Assembly: GCA_046483985.1 (NCBI GenBank)
Contig: JAWOCD010000040.1
Location: 56,409-120,408, forward strand
Length of the DNA stretch: 64,000 nucleotides
DNA from: Promethearchaeia archaeon
GTDB lineage: Archaea > Asgardarchaeota > Lokiarchaeia > Sigyniarchaeales > SOKP01
Direction: 5' to 3'
Position 1 is the first letter of the stretch, and each line of letters opens with the position of its first letter. Made by a program: the position numbers and the translations under genes. Positions 46,929-56,260 of the stretch are shown piece by piece. The notes beneath the pieces were generated by a model that was not told where the DNA came from, ran no database searches, and was given only the letters and a program-made list of their open reading frames with translations.

Positions 46929-49007
46929 TTAAGTGTTTATGGTATAATTACGGACAATATCGTTGAAATTTAATTCTAATCTCTCATTACCGAATTCTAT
47001 GAGAGTTTCATTGCTTCCAAACTCTTGGGTGCAGAAATCGTTGTCAAATCGGGGATAATCATTAACTTCTATTTCTTTTCCTCCTACTTCAAATGCTCCC
47101 CTCCATCCCACAGTCGCTTTTCCTTGAGAGGGGGAGGTATATTCTACATTATATCCTATTCGTTCTGGCTTGACCTCTAAATCAGAATCCAAAATATTAG
47201 ATTGAAAATCATCAAACGAGTTATAATCTTCTTTACTTCCTAATTCTACAATCCAGACATTTTTTTTACTGTCCACCCGCAATTCATATTCTGTTTCCCA
47301 TTGTGTTGGTTTATACGAATAAAGGGCGATATAGCCTCCATCTTTTTCTCCGAACGTCCATCCGTCTTTCTGATTAACATTATCAAAAGCAGATCGGGGA
47401 AAATATGCGTGTTGGTAAAATTTCATTCCAAAAACCGCATTTAAAATAGTAATCAAGGCTTCTCCTTCCAAAGGCATCATTTCTCTGTCATATTGAATGA
47501 TTCCCATATTTTTATAGAAAACCGCACGGGGCTTCCACCCCCCCATCCAATTTTGATCAAAGTTTTTCGTGATCCCGCTGGGTGAGTTCGTAAACACATA
47601 TGCACTGTCACTTAGACTGGCCTGCCAAATGTGCTCTTGGAATCCATTCATTCCTTTCATATGATCTTGGGCGCCCGAAAGTTGATAGTAGGGGGTTCGG
47701 TAAGTATAAACATCTGCTTCTTCTAAACAAACTCCCCTTGTAAGTAGGCCTAGATCTTCACTGTATTCACCAACCGATTTTCCACGGAAAAGAGCAGAAT
47801 ATTTAAGAAAATCAACTAAGATTTGAGGACCTAATAGATTCATAGGATCAAGATTATATTTATCAATCATATCGAAAGATGTTTCAATGGTCTGCGGTGC
47901 CATCGGGGCCGACATCCCCCACCAAAAAGGCATCTCTTCTTCAGTATATTCTATCCCGTATTTTTCTCCCTCATCCATATTAATACTCTGATGTTCCCAA
48001 TGTTCATGAGATTGGCTCGTATTTTCAGCTATTTTTTCCAATATAGGGGGCGGAACATAATGATCGCTTGTCGCTAATGCATTCGCAGCCTGGTCATCAC
48101 TTTTACAAGGATTATGCTCTCCAACACCAAGCATTAGCCATGCAGACTCTGATACCCCGTCTCTACTGCCATCAGTTCGGCTACCGTCATAACAACGACC
48201 CATACTCGTTGCAAAACGGTTCTTAAAGTAGTTATTTGCGAAGTTAAATGCTATTAAATCCAAAAGCATAGCGGCTTTCTTTGCTATTTGTTCATCCATA
48301 GCAAAATCCACCAAATTAACCAGCGCTGTGATATCTATTTTCAAATAGGTATTTGAATTCCATTCAGAGAATCCGAATTGAGCCCTCCGATCGAGCCAAC
48401 GATTGAGCAAGGATTTGGCATGATCAATATGATCCTGTCCCGTCATACCCGAATAGGTAAAGGTATCATTTGGAAATAATTGACCGATGAGATATTCTGC
48501 GGTGTGACACATGATTTGATGATTTTCGGTATACACAATTGCTGTATTTGAGTCAGTAGATTCAGTAAACCAATATTTGCTCTTACCAAGTGCATCGGAT
48601 ATACTATGTCGATGCTCCTCTTTTAATTTACTCCCATTAATATCCAAATAGAGAATCCGTAAAATCGTATTCCATTTAAAATCCGGCATATCTTCAAAAT
48701 CATAGAGCCCAGGAATATTATCTTCAATTGTATCATTATTTAACGGGTCGTCTACATAGATCCTTGCCGATTGAGAGGGTAATCCGTTACTATACCTACT
48801 ACTGTTAAGATATCTACTCTTCCGTTCCAAGAATCCAGAAGTCGCATTATAATTTGCGGTTAAGTTAAAATTGCGCGGGAAATGGGTACGCATCGAATAA
48901 TCCCAATCTTCCTTTTGCGGTTTAGATACGGCGAGTCCTGAACTTAATTGAGGAAGTAAGATTAAAAAACTAAAAAGGACAACCTTTAGGTTTTTTTTAT
49001 ATTTCAT
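46929..49007 (-). CDS. Secreted/surface protein, possibly heparinase-II/III-like fold
   Basis: Signal-peptide-like N-terminus; 'TENHQI','GFSEWNSNTY','FQEHIWQA'; fold call tentative. Confidence 0.5.
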   Translation of the reverse strand: MKYKKNLKVVLFSFLILLPQLSSGLAVSKPQKEDWDYSMRTHFPRNFNLTANYNATSGFLERKSRYLNSSRYSNGLPSQSARIYVDDPLNNDTIEDNIPGLYDFEDMPDFKWNTILRILYLDINGSKLKEEHRHSISDALGKSKYWFTESTDSNTAIVYTENHQIMCHTAEYLIGQLFPNDTFTYSGMTGQDHIDHAKSLLNRWLDRRAQFGFSEWNSNTYLKIDITALVNLVDFAMDEQIAKKAAMLLDLIAFNFANNYFKNRFATSMGRCYDGSRTDGSRDGVSESAWLMLGVGEHNPCKSDDQAANALATSDHYVPPPILEKIAENTSQSHEHWEHQSINMDEGEKYGIEYTEEEMPFWWGMSAPMAPQTIETSFDMIDKYNLDPMNLLGPQILVDFLKYSALFRGKSVGEYSEDLGLLTRGVCLEEADVYTYRTPYYQLSGAQDHMKGMNGFQEHIWQASLSDSAYVFTNSPSGITKNFDQNWMGGWKPRAVFYKNMGIIQYDREMMPLEGEALITILNAVFGMKFYQHAYFPRSAFDNVNQKDGWTFGEKDGGYIALYSYKPTQWETEYELRVDSKKNVWIVELGSKEDYNSFDDFQSNILDSDLEVKPERIGYNVEYTSPSQGKATVGWRGAFEVGGKEIEVNDYPRFDNDFCTQEFGSNETLIEFGNERLELNFNDIVRNYTINT

Positions 49008-49177
49008 TTAACTTTCCTAAATATGTATAAAATTGTAATGTAATATAGACTTATACCAAATTATATGCTGCATATTGATATAAAATATATTAAACTATAA
49101 TAATTAAAAAGGAAATATTTATTTTTCTTCATATTAAAATTATTTCAAGATAATACTTAATTCTCATATTCAAAACT

Positions 49178-49621
49178 ATGATTGTACGAGAATTTACCGA
49201 GGAAGACATAGATGGAATCAATAAATTAATGAAAGATCTCTGTTCTTTAAAAGGACAAATATTTGATGAAGACCGGTGGCAAAATAGTATCAGAGAAGAT
49301 TTGAAACCGAATAGCAATTCAGAAATTTTAGTAGCTATCGATCAAGACGATAAAAACGTTATTGGAATGGCGAATTGTTCCGTTAAAACGGCAGAAAATG
49401 GTACAAGATTTGGTTATATCTCTAATTTAATTGTGAAAGAAGGTGAACGCGGCAGCGGTGTGGGGGAAAAATTAATGAAAAATATGATAGATTATTTCAA
49501 AAGAAACCATATCCGCTCAATTCGACTTGCCTTGAAAACAAATTTAGATGAAGCAGCCCGATTATTGTTCGTAAAATTGGGATTTAAGGAAATCATAAGA
49601 ATATACGAACTGAAAATTTAA
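49178..49621 (+). CDS. GNAT-family acetyltransferase
   Basis: 'ISNLIV...RGSGVG..LM','A..LFVKLGF'. Confidence 0.9.
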   Translation: MIVREFTEEDIDGINKLMKDLCSLKGQIFDEDRWQNSIREDLKPNSNSEILVAIDQDDKNVIGMANCSVKTAENGTRFGYISNLIVKEGERGSGVGEKLMKNMIDYFKRNHIRSIRLALKTNLDEAARLLFVKLGFKEIIRIYELKI

Positions 49622-49685
49622 AAATGAAGTTCAAATAAAATGCTAAATTATTAAAAAGAAATAGAAAGGAATTATATACTAAAAA

Positions 49686-50990
49686 ATGACTGATAAGGAT
49701 TTAGAGGAAGGTAATACTCTTTTAGTGAAAGGGCCCGCCCGTGTCATAATAAACGAGGGTAAACTGGAGATTTTCGGTAAGGTGTTTACTTCTGAAATTA
49801 AGGAACCGGAAGTGCAAGAAGAAGAGGAAGAAAAAGAAGAAGAGGAAGAAAAAGAAGAAGAGGAAATAGAAATCTATGATGAATCGGAATTTGAAGCACA
49901 AAATGTCTTAATTATTCCAAGCGGTTTTAGATATCCGTTACATGCTTTAGAAGATTTGGAATTAGAAGTTCATGTCAGTAGCGAAGATCAAATGGAAGAA
50001 CTAGAAGAAGATACCATACCAGATGAATGGAAAGAACTAAAAGATACCATGTTAGAAGATATAAAGGAGAAAAAGTTCGAAGAGCCGTTAAAAATTATGG
50101 TAATGGGGCTTAGTGCCGGAAAAACCACATTAATTAAATATCTCGCCAATAAATTATTGGATAAAAATCTCAAGATTGCATATTTAGATTCCGACTTAGG
50201 ACAGCAGACCGTTTATTTTCCGACAACAATAAATATTGGAAAAATTGAAGAGCCAATAGTGGCGAGTGAAGATATTGAAGCGGAAGATACGGTATTTATT
50301 GGAGCCACCTTCCCAAAAGGAAATTATAAGTTCATTGTATCTCATGCATGTGAGAACCTTATTAAGGATTACTATAAAAATAACCCAGAGACCGATGCAG
50401 TCCTTATAGATACCGATGGATGGATTAAAACGGAAGCAGGAATTGTTTATAAAAGTTTTTTCATACAAACTGTTGATCCCGATCTGATTTTAGTTTTTAA
50501 GGACGAGGAGATTGAGGAGTTTGACGAGATCCTTAATAAAGCTGAGGAAAAAGAGGAAAGGGAAATTCTTATCATTGAAGATGAAAATAAGTATTACTAC
50601 GAGAAAAGCAAGGAAGAACGAAGATGGATTCGACAATCAATCTTTTCAAAGGGCTTTGAAAATTTCCAAAAAATCACAATTCCGCTCTCTTCCAATGAAA
50701 TTGAATTTGTAAAGTTAGACTATGACGAGGAGAACGATCAAATTGTAGAAAAAGAACTAAATCCAAGAGAAATTATTGATCTCCCGTACCATTACGTAAT
50801 AATCTCTATTATGGACGAGGAGGATAATATAATTAATTTAGGACTGTTATTTGTCATCAATTTAGAAAAGGATTATGTGTTGGTCTTCTCTGATTTAGAT
50901 TATAAAGAGCAAATGCGTGTAAAAAAGATAATGCTGGGCTCTTTGAGATTGAGCACTAAAGGTAACCACCAAGGATACCTGTACTTATAG
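49686..50990 (+). CDS. Clp1/Grc3(Nol9)-family polynucleotide 5'-kinase
   Basis: P-loop 'GLSAGKTT','YLDSDLGQ','LIDTDGW','ERR..R'; N-terminal 'LLVKGPA' domain with a Glu-rich insert. Confidence 0.85.
   Translation: MTDKDLEEGNTLLVKGPARVIINEGKLEIFGKVFTSEIKEPEVQEEEEEKEEEEEKEEEEIEIYDESEFEAQNVLIIPSGFRYPLHALEDLELEVHVSSEDQMEELEEDTIPDEWKELKDTMLEDIKEKKFEEPLKIMVMGLSAGKTTLIKYLANKLLDKNLKIAYLDSDLGQQTVYFPTTINIGKIEEPIVASEDIEAEDTVFIGATFPKGNYKFIVSHACENLIKDYYKNNPETDAVLIDTDGWIKTEAGIVYKSFFIQTVDPDLILVFKDEEIEEFDEILNKAEEKEEREILIIEDENKYYYEKSKEERRWIRQSIFSKGFENFQKITIPLSSNEIEFVKLDYDEENDQIVEKELNPREIIDLPYHYVIISIMDEEDNIINLGLLFVINLEKDYVLVFSDLDYKEQMRVKKIMLGSLRLSTKGNHQGYLYL
49818..49865 (+). repeat. In-frame 18-nt tandem repeat (about 2.7 copies) encoding EEEEEK
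   Basis: GAAGAAGAGGAAGAAAAA twice, then GAAGAAGAGGAA. Confidence 0.85.
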
Positions 50991-51072
50991 AACTGCAAAA
51001 TTTTTTAAGTTTTTATATTATAGATAATTCCTACAAACAATTAGACTAAATATTTAGGAACGTGAAAGATTT

Positions 51073-52125
51073 TTGCTTCTTAATTTGATTCATAATGTGC
51101 TTTTATTTGTTATACTTATCGCCTTTGCTGTGTATCTCTTCATAATTTCTTATAAATTTCGAGAGGAAAATAGATATGGTTTTAATTCTGTATTATTAAC
51201 AGCCAGCATTTTATTGTTTCTCGCATTTATCATTCTTTCTATCGATTGGTTATTACCTTATCCGCTCAATGCTGCAATAAATATCTGGATTGGAATTATT
51301 TCATTGGTCCAATGCATTTATTACATTATTATGAGAATTAAATTTAAAGAAACAGGAGATAAAGAGAATATAGAAGAAAGCAGTTATGAGAATGGAGAAA
51401 TTAAAGTTAAACGGGAATTATTAAGAAAAAGTTTTCATTCCGTGATTATTTTAGTGATTTTTTGCTACTATTATTTTGCGCCATGGATTAATAGAGTAAT
51501 ATTTCAAGTATATCTTGATGGTCCAGATCTGTATCATTCGATATGGAATATAACCGAGTATCCCTTACCTCCTACCACCTCATCGGATTTGGAAGTAGTA
51601 TTTAGTTGGACATTAATGCTTTTCATTAGTGCGCTGTTATTATTGCTAATTCCAGATGCATTTAGAATTTATAATAGAAAATATTCGATATTCTCGGGAG
51701 TGTATAAAAAGGTAATAAGACTAAAAGAACTATACACAGTGGGACCCCAAATTTATTTAACCTTAGGATGTACCTTCATCTTTCTACTTGCAGTACTTGG
51801 GATCTTTATCCCAAGCGTAACTTTAGCTGCGATGCTGATTGCAGCTTTTGGTGATGCGGCAGCCGCAATATTCGGAAGAAAGTATGGAAAGCACAGATTC
51901 AAAACCGTTTTCCAAAAAGACGAGCTGAAAAGCTATGAAGGGTTAATAGCTGGTTTTCTTGTATCCTATTTTTCGGCATTTTTCATTGTGGGACCATGGA
52001 TTGCCCTAATGGGGGCACTCACTTTTACAGTATTAGACCTCCTTAATCCTAATGTAGCAGATAATGTTTCCAATCCGATCTTATGTACCTTGGTGATGAT
52101 GATTCCTTATTGGATTACCATTTAA
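51073..52125 (+). CDS. CTP-dependent polyprenol/dolichol/diacylglycerol kinase family membrane protein
   Basis: 'RELLRKSFH','FGDAAAAIFGRKYG','KSYEG','DN...P'. Confidence 0.85.
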   Translation: MLLNLIHNVLLFVILIAFAVYLFIISYKFREENRYGFNSVLLTASILLFLAFIILSIDWLLPYPLNAAINIWIGIISLVQCIYYIIMRIKFKETGDKENIEESSYENGEIKVKRELLRKSFHSVIILVIFCYYYFAPWINRVIFQVYLDGPDLYHSIWNITEYPLPPTTSSDLEVVFSWTLMLFISALLLLLIPDAFRIYNRKYSIFSGVYKKVIRLKELYTVGPQIYLTLGCTFIFLLAVLGIFIPSVTLAAMLIAAFGDAAAAIFGRKYGKHRFKTVFQKDELKSYEGLIAGFLVSYFSAFFIVGPWIALMGALTFTVLDLLNPNVADNVSNPILCTLVMMIPYWITI

Positions 52126-52130
52126 TTTAT

Positions 52131-52238
52131 CAAAAAAGGAAAAGAAAACTCCATACTTTAGGATGGAGATGATTTTTGCGTTTAAATCACTAAATTTAGT
52201 GAATATAAATCTTACGCCTTTAGGCGTTAGTAGCTCAA
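52131..52238 (+). mobile_element. 108-nt IS200/IS605 mini-element
   Basis: TTTAT|CAAAAAAGGAAAAGAAAACTCCATACTTTAGGATGGAGATGA left hairpin; internal palindrome TCACTAAATTTAGTGA; right end ACGCCTTTAGGCGTTAGTAGCTCAA. Confidence 0.75.
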
Positions 52239-52354
52239 TGTTATTTCTCCTAAATTATAATATCAATAATAAAAGGATGATTTCAAGGGATTATGTTTAT
52301 ATGAGAAAATTAATTTTAGATTTTTATATATAGTGTGTTTATGATTGATTAGGG

Positions 52355-53809
52355 ATGACTGAAGAAAAGAAAGAGAGATTAACGAGTTTCGTGGATTTAA
52401 TGTCAAAAGGAAAGATCTCTGATTCTGATTTAGAATTAGTGACTCTCGGAAATAATTTGGGATTAGATTTAGTATCCTTTAAAGACTTAAGGGAATCCCA
52501 GGAAGAGGAATTTGCTGATGAAATCAGAGAATCCGCACTTAAGAAATTAAGAGAGAACAACGACAACGAGTTGGAAAAAGATGATTTATTTTATGCGGGA
52601 AGCATAGATTTCATGGTCTGCGATGAACCCAGTGGAAAAAAATATTTTTTACTCGAAACAAATGGTGGATCCAACCGCGGACTTTCAATTATTACGGAAA
52701 AGCAGCAAAGAATGATGTATGGAGGATATTTTGAAGCAATAAGACAAGCAATAAAGAATAATAATCAAGAAGAAAAGCAAATGTTAATTCTCGTAGGTGT
52801 TCCCATTAATGATGGATTAATCCATGAAAAAGCTATAATGCTCGAATATTTCAGAAAACAACTCGAACACGACGGAAAAACAGTTAAGATTTGTAATGTT
52901 CAAAATTTTACAAGCGATCTGGAAAGCAATGTGATTTTCTTAATAGCCGATTATGAGCAACTCTCCACGAGACTCTCATTTAATAATAATTGGGTAATAT
53001 TTCAAGAAGAAAAAGTCCATGTATTAATTGGTGATGGCATTGCCAGAAGATTACAAAATCCTGAATTCCATAAAATCATAGAAAATAATTTTCGGCAGTT
53101 AAATACCATCATCGTCAATCCAATTTTCAAAATCACCGATGACAAATCATTAACCTATTTGGCAAGTTATTTTGCCAGAAAAACCTTGGAAAAATATAAT
53201 TTAAAATATTTACTCTTTTCGAAGGCTTTTGATGAGAAGGATCTCATAGAAAAGTTGGCATACACCATTAAAAATTATGATCGACCGTTCATCATTAAAC
53301 CAAATGGCGGATCTGGAGGGGCAGGAGTAATACCCATTTCACCTCAGGAGGATCCTGCCAATATAGAGAATATTATCGAACAAAGTAAAAAAGAGTTTTT
53401 CGATAAATTCTTGGAAACCCGGGATCCCTATCCATATACCATCCAAGAGATGGCTCAATTCTGCTTGATTGATTGGATGGGGGGGCGTCACACCTTTGAT
53501 ATCCGTATATATCTTGCTCAAAAATCGGGGGAAATCATCCCTATTGGAGGTTTAGCTCGTATTGCGCGGGGTAACTATAGCGGGAGCTTAGATAAGCAAG
53601 AATTTGTGGTCAATCTCTCGGGATATGATGGAAAGATTGAGGTACAACGTGGGAGGGGGATATCTGAAGAGAACGCACAGTTATTGAATCTCTCTAAAAA
53701 GAATCTCGTAGATATATTCTGTATCGGATGTGCCTTATTTGCGAATATGGCCGAAAATTATAGAAAAATAATCAATTTCGATGATTGGGACGAACTTATT
53801 GGGGAATAA
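52355..53809 (+). CDS. Circularly permuted ATP-grasp ligase
   Basis: 'IDFMV...FLLETNGG' (metal-binding D/ExN) near the N-terminus; 'DDKSLTY','IIKPNGGSGGAGV','IQE','FDIRIY','ARIA','VVNLS' later. Confidence 0.78.
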   Translation: MTEEKKERLTSFVDLMSKGKISDSDLELVTLGNNLGLDLVSFKDLRESQEEEFADEIRESALKKLRENNDNELEKDDLFYAGSIDFMVCDEPSGKKYFLLETNGGSNRGLSIITEKQQRMMYGGYFEAIRQAIKNNNQEEKQMLILVGVPINDGLIHEKAIMLEYFRKQLEHDGKTVKICNVQNFTSDLESNVIFLIADYEQLSTRLSFNNNWVIFQEEKVHVLIGDGIARRLQNPEFHKIIENNFRQLNTIIVNPIFKITDDKSLTYLASYFARKTLEKYNLKYLLFSKAFDEKDLIEKLAYTIKNYDRPFIIKPNGGSGGAGVIPISPQEDPANIENIIEQSKKEFFDKFLETRDPYPYTIQEMAQFCLIDWMGGRHTFDIRIYLAQKSGEIIPIGGLARIARGNYSGSLDKQEFVVNLSGYDGKIEVQRGRGISEENAQLLNLSKKNLVDIFCIGCALFANMAENYRKIINFDDWDELIGE

Positions 53810-53817
53810 ACAATAAA

Positions 53818-54981
53818 ATGAACCATAAAACGTTAAAAAAAATTTTAGATTTACCAAATCGGGACTCTTTTTTTGTTGAGATTTTAGATAAATTGGAGGA
53901 CTTTTGTGAGCTAGAATATTGTTCGTTTTATAAATTTGAAACGAATGAGGGGATAATTCCCGCTCTAAAATTCTGTAAAAATAAGAATCTTGAAGCAGTG
54001 AAATATTTAAAAGTCTTTGTCGGTGCGCAGCATAACGAATATAATGGCCTTTTTGGCATTATTGAATTCCTCGAAAAAATAAAGAAAGGGCAAAAAGATA
54101 TAGAAGATATTCTAAGAGACGATCAGCACATTATTTTTTTCCCGCTTATGAATCCGTACGGATTTAAAAATCCCGGTAAAAATAATAAATCGGGATATTA
54201 CCTTAAAAATGGATCAAACCTAAATCGATTTTGGCGGCGTACTTTCGCTCCAGAATTTGAAAATGGAAAAAATGATTTAGATGAGTATTCCATCCCAGAA
54301 CATGCAAAGCACGTAAAATCTTTCCTCTCCCCGTATTGGGAAAAAGAGGATATTACAATTTATTTATTAGATTTTCACGAAACATCTCTTTTAAGACGGT
54401 TTCCAAAAGAGTTAAGTTTAAAATTAAATGAAAAGTCCATAACCTATAAGTTTGACCACTGGCTAAAAGAGGGGATCATTTTAAACGTTATAAAACTCTA
54501 CGATATCCCTTACTATCGAAAACCGCTCTTCTATAAGTGCGATTCGTCAGCAGAACACACCCATTTAAATCTTTCCATCAAACAAATTGACACCGTGTAT
54601 GAAAAACTCCTTCAGTATTTAAGTGAAAATCAGGGAAAACTTCCTTTTTATTTCTGCTATAGTAATAAAAGCGAAGAATACTGCAAAAGATTGGCGAATA
54701 AAGTCTATGAAAAAGTAGGCGACATTTTATGGGATACTTATTACCCAGCATTCGACCACCATTTCCACGATCACGGTTGTTTTGTTAAGATGAGCGATGC
54801 TACTTCGAGAGATAATGTTTTAACAATGGAATTGGAATCGGAAAAGCATTTTTATAAAATATTCGAAGAGGTTAAACTATCAAGGAAAGATCCCCAGTAT
54901 TATGAAGAACGGCTTGATTTAATAAACAAGGGTTTGAAGTTAGCTATCACATCTATAGAAACGATGATCTCACTATTTTGA
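53818..54981 (+). CDS. M14-family (succinylglutamate desuccinylase/carboxypeptidase-like) Zn hydrolase
   Basis: 'GAQHNE' (HxxE-type site),'PLMNPYG','NLNR','LDFHE','TMELE'; ATG 53818 lies 8 nt after the ATP-grasp stop. Confidence 0.78.
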   Translation: MNHKTLKKILDLPNRDSFFVEILDKLEDFCELEYCSFYKFETNEGIIPALKFCKNKNLEAVKYLKVFVGAQHNEYNGLFGIIEFLEKIKKGQKDIEDILRDDQHIIFFPLMNPYGFKNPGKNNKSGYYLKNGSNLNRFWRRTFAPEFENGKNDLDEYSIPEHAKHVKSFLSPYWEKEDITIYLLDFHETSLLRRFPKELSLKLNEKSITYKFDHWLKEGIILNVIKLYDIPYYRKPLFYKCDSSAEHTHLNLSIKQIDTVYEKLLQYLSENQGKLPFYFCYSNKSEEYCKRLANKVYEKVGDILWDTYYPAFDHHFHDHGCFVKMSDATSRDNVLTMELESEKHFYKIFEEVKLSRKDPQYYEERLDLINKGLKLAITSIETMISLF

Positions 54982-54987
54982 AATTTA

Positions 54988-55977
54988 TCATGATGCGTCC
55001 TCAAAGAATCGAAGAGCTGCTGCAATAAGGCTTAGTTCATTCTTCTTTTGGGTGTGTCCCCCCTTTTCGAAAACTAATTGTTTCCGTGGGTCAAGATCCA
55101 AAATATCTCTATTTTCTTGAAAATTCTGTATATCAATAACTCTATCATTTCGAGAATGAATTAAGAAGATGTTATTTGATATTCTTTTCCAAGATTCCGG
55201 AGGGATAGATCTTTTTGTATTCTTAAATATATAATAAGGGGAAAGAAGTTGATTTTCTTCTTCTGAAGGAAAAATTTTTACTCCCTTAAGAGAATAAAGT
55301 AATAATAAGGCAAGATTTAATCTTCTAATGAGGGCTTTATATTTTGAAATCGCAGAGATTGCCACAATTTTATTGATCAATTCATTTTTAAAGGCTGCAG
55401 TGATGGCTATAACTGCGCCAATACTAAATGACACGCAATTGATCTCCATGTTCTTGTATTTATTTTGCGAGGTAATCCATTCAATGATATATTCAAAGTC
55501 TTGAACTCTTTTTTGGAAATCACTTCGATGACCGAGCTGTTTTGACTCTCCAATTCCTCTGGCATCATAAGATAAAATAATGTACCCGTATTCTGCTAAT
55601 GCATATGAAAAATAGTGAAGATCTTCCTTAGTATCCGAAAAACCATGGTTCATGACAACAAAACCTCTGGGGTCCTCATCAGAGTGAATTATCCTTTTTT
55701 GGATTAATTCTGCACTTATATTCCCTTGAGGGACGTTAATTTTAATCTCTTTTTTTTCGCATTTATCGAGTTGTAATTGCGTCCACCGATCAAACCACAG
55801 ATCCCTGAAGCTCCAATAAATTTCAAAGGGTGTGTAAATGATAAGAAAGGTTGTAGAGGAGAGGATTAAACATGTAAGGATTGTATTTCCCCAGGAGGCA
55901 TTCATATGCCAAATAAAACCACTAAAGGCTAAATCAATAATTATTAAGATGAACCGCTTTAGATTTTTGGAAAGCAA
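54988..55977 (-). CDS. Membrane-anchored alpha/beta hydrolase
   Basis: Two N-terminal TM segments; 'HGF','YDARGIGES','SFSIG' nucleophile elbow,'IHSRND.VI','GGH'. Confidence 0.82.
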   Translation of the reverse strand: MLSKNLKRFILIIIDLAFSGFIWHMNASWGNTILTCLILSSTTFLIIYTPFEIYWSFRDLWFDRWTQLQLDKCEKKEIKINVPQGNISAELIQKRIIHSDEDPRGFVVMNHGFSDTKEDLHYFSYALAEYGYIILSYDARGIGESKQLGHRSDFQKRVQDFEYIIEWITSQNKYKNMEINCVSFSIGAVIAITAAFKNELINKIVAISAISKYKALIRRLNLALLLLYSLKGVKIFPSEEENQLLSPYYIFKNTKRSIPPESWKRISNNIFLIHSRNDRVIDIQNFQENRDILDLDPRKQLVFEKGGHTQKKNELSLIAAALRFFEDAS

Positions 55978-56260
55978 AATTAATCACAATTTTTATATCA
56001 AAAGGGAAGAACTCTTTTCTCTTAAAGAGATAAAAAATATGAAATAATAAATAATTTGGTTAAAATTCAAAAATCCACAATTTATTCCCTCTACTAATGA
56101 AAGATTACTTATTTGTCTGCTTTATCAAGTGGGCAACCAAAGTCATCCCGAACTTTACAATTTAGATTTTATTATATGGGATAATGAAAAAAAAGAGCGG
56201 GTAAAATATGGAGATTTAACTCTTAAAAGTTGAAATTCGAAGTTATATTCGTGGAAAGAA

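Noticed and set aside
49818-49865. Short direct repeats as a possible CRISPR array
   Set aside because: No spacers; it is an in-frame coding tandem repeat. No CRISPR array or cas gene was seen anywhere in the window.
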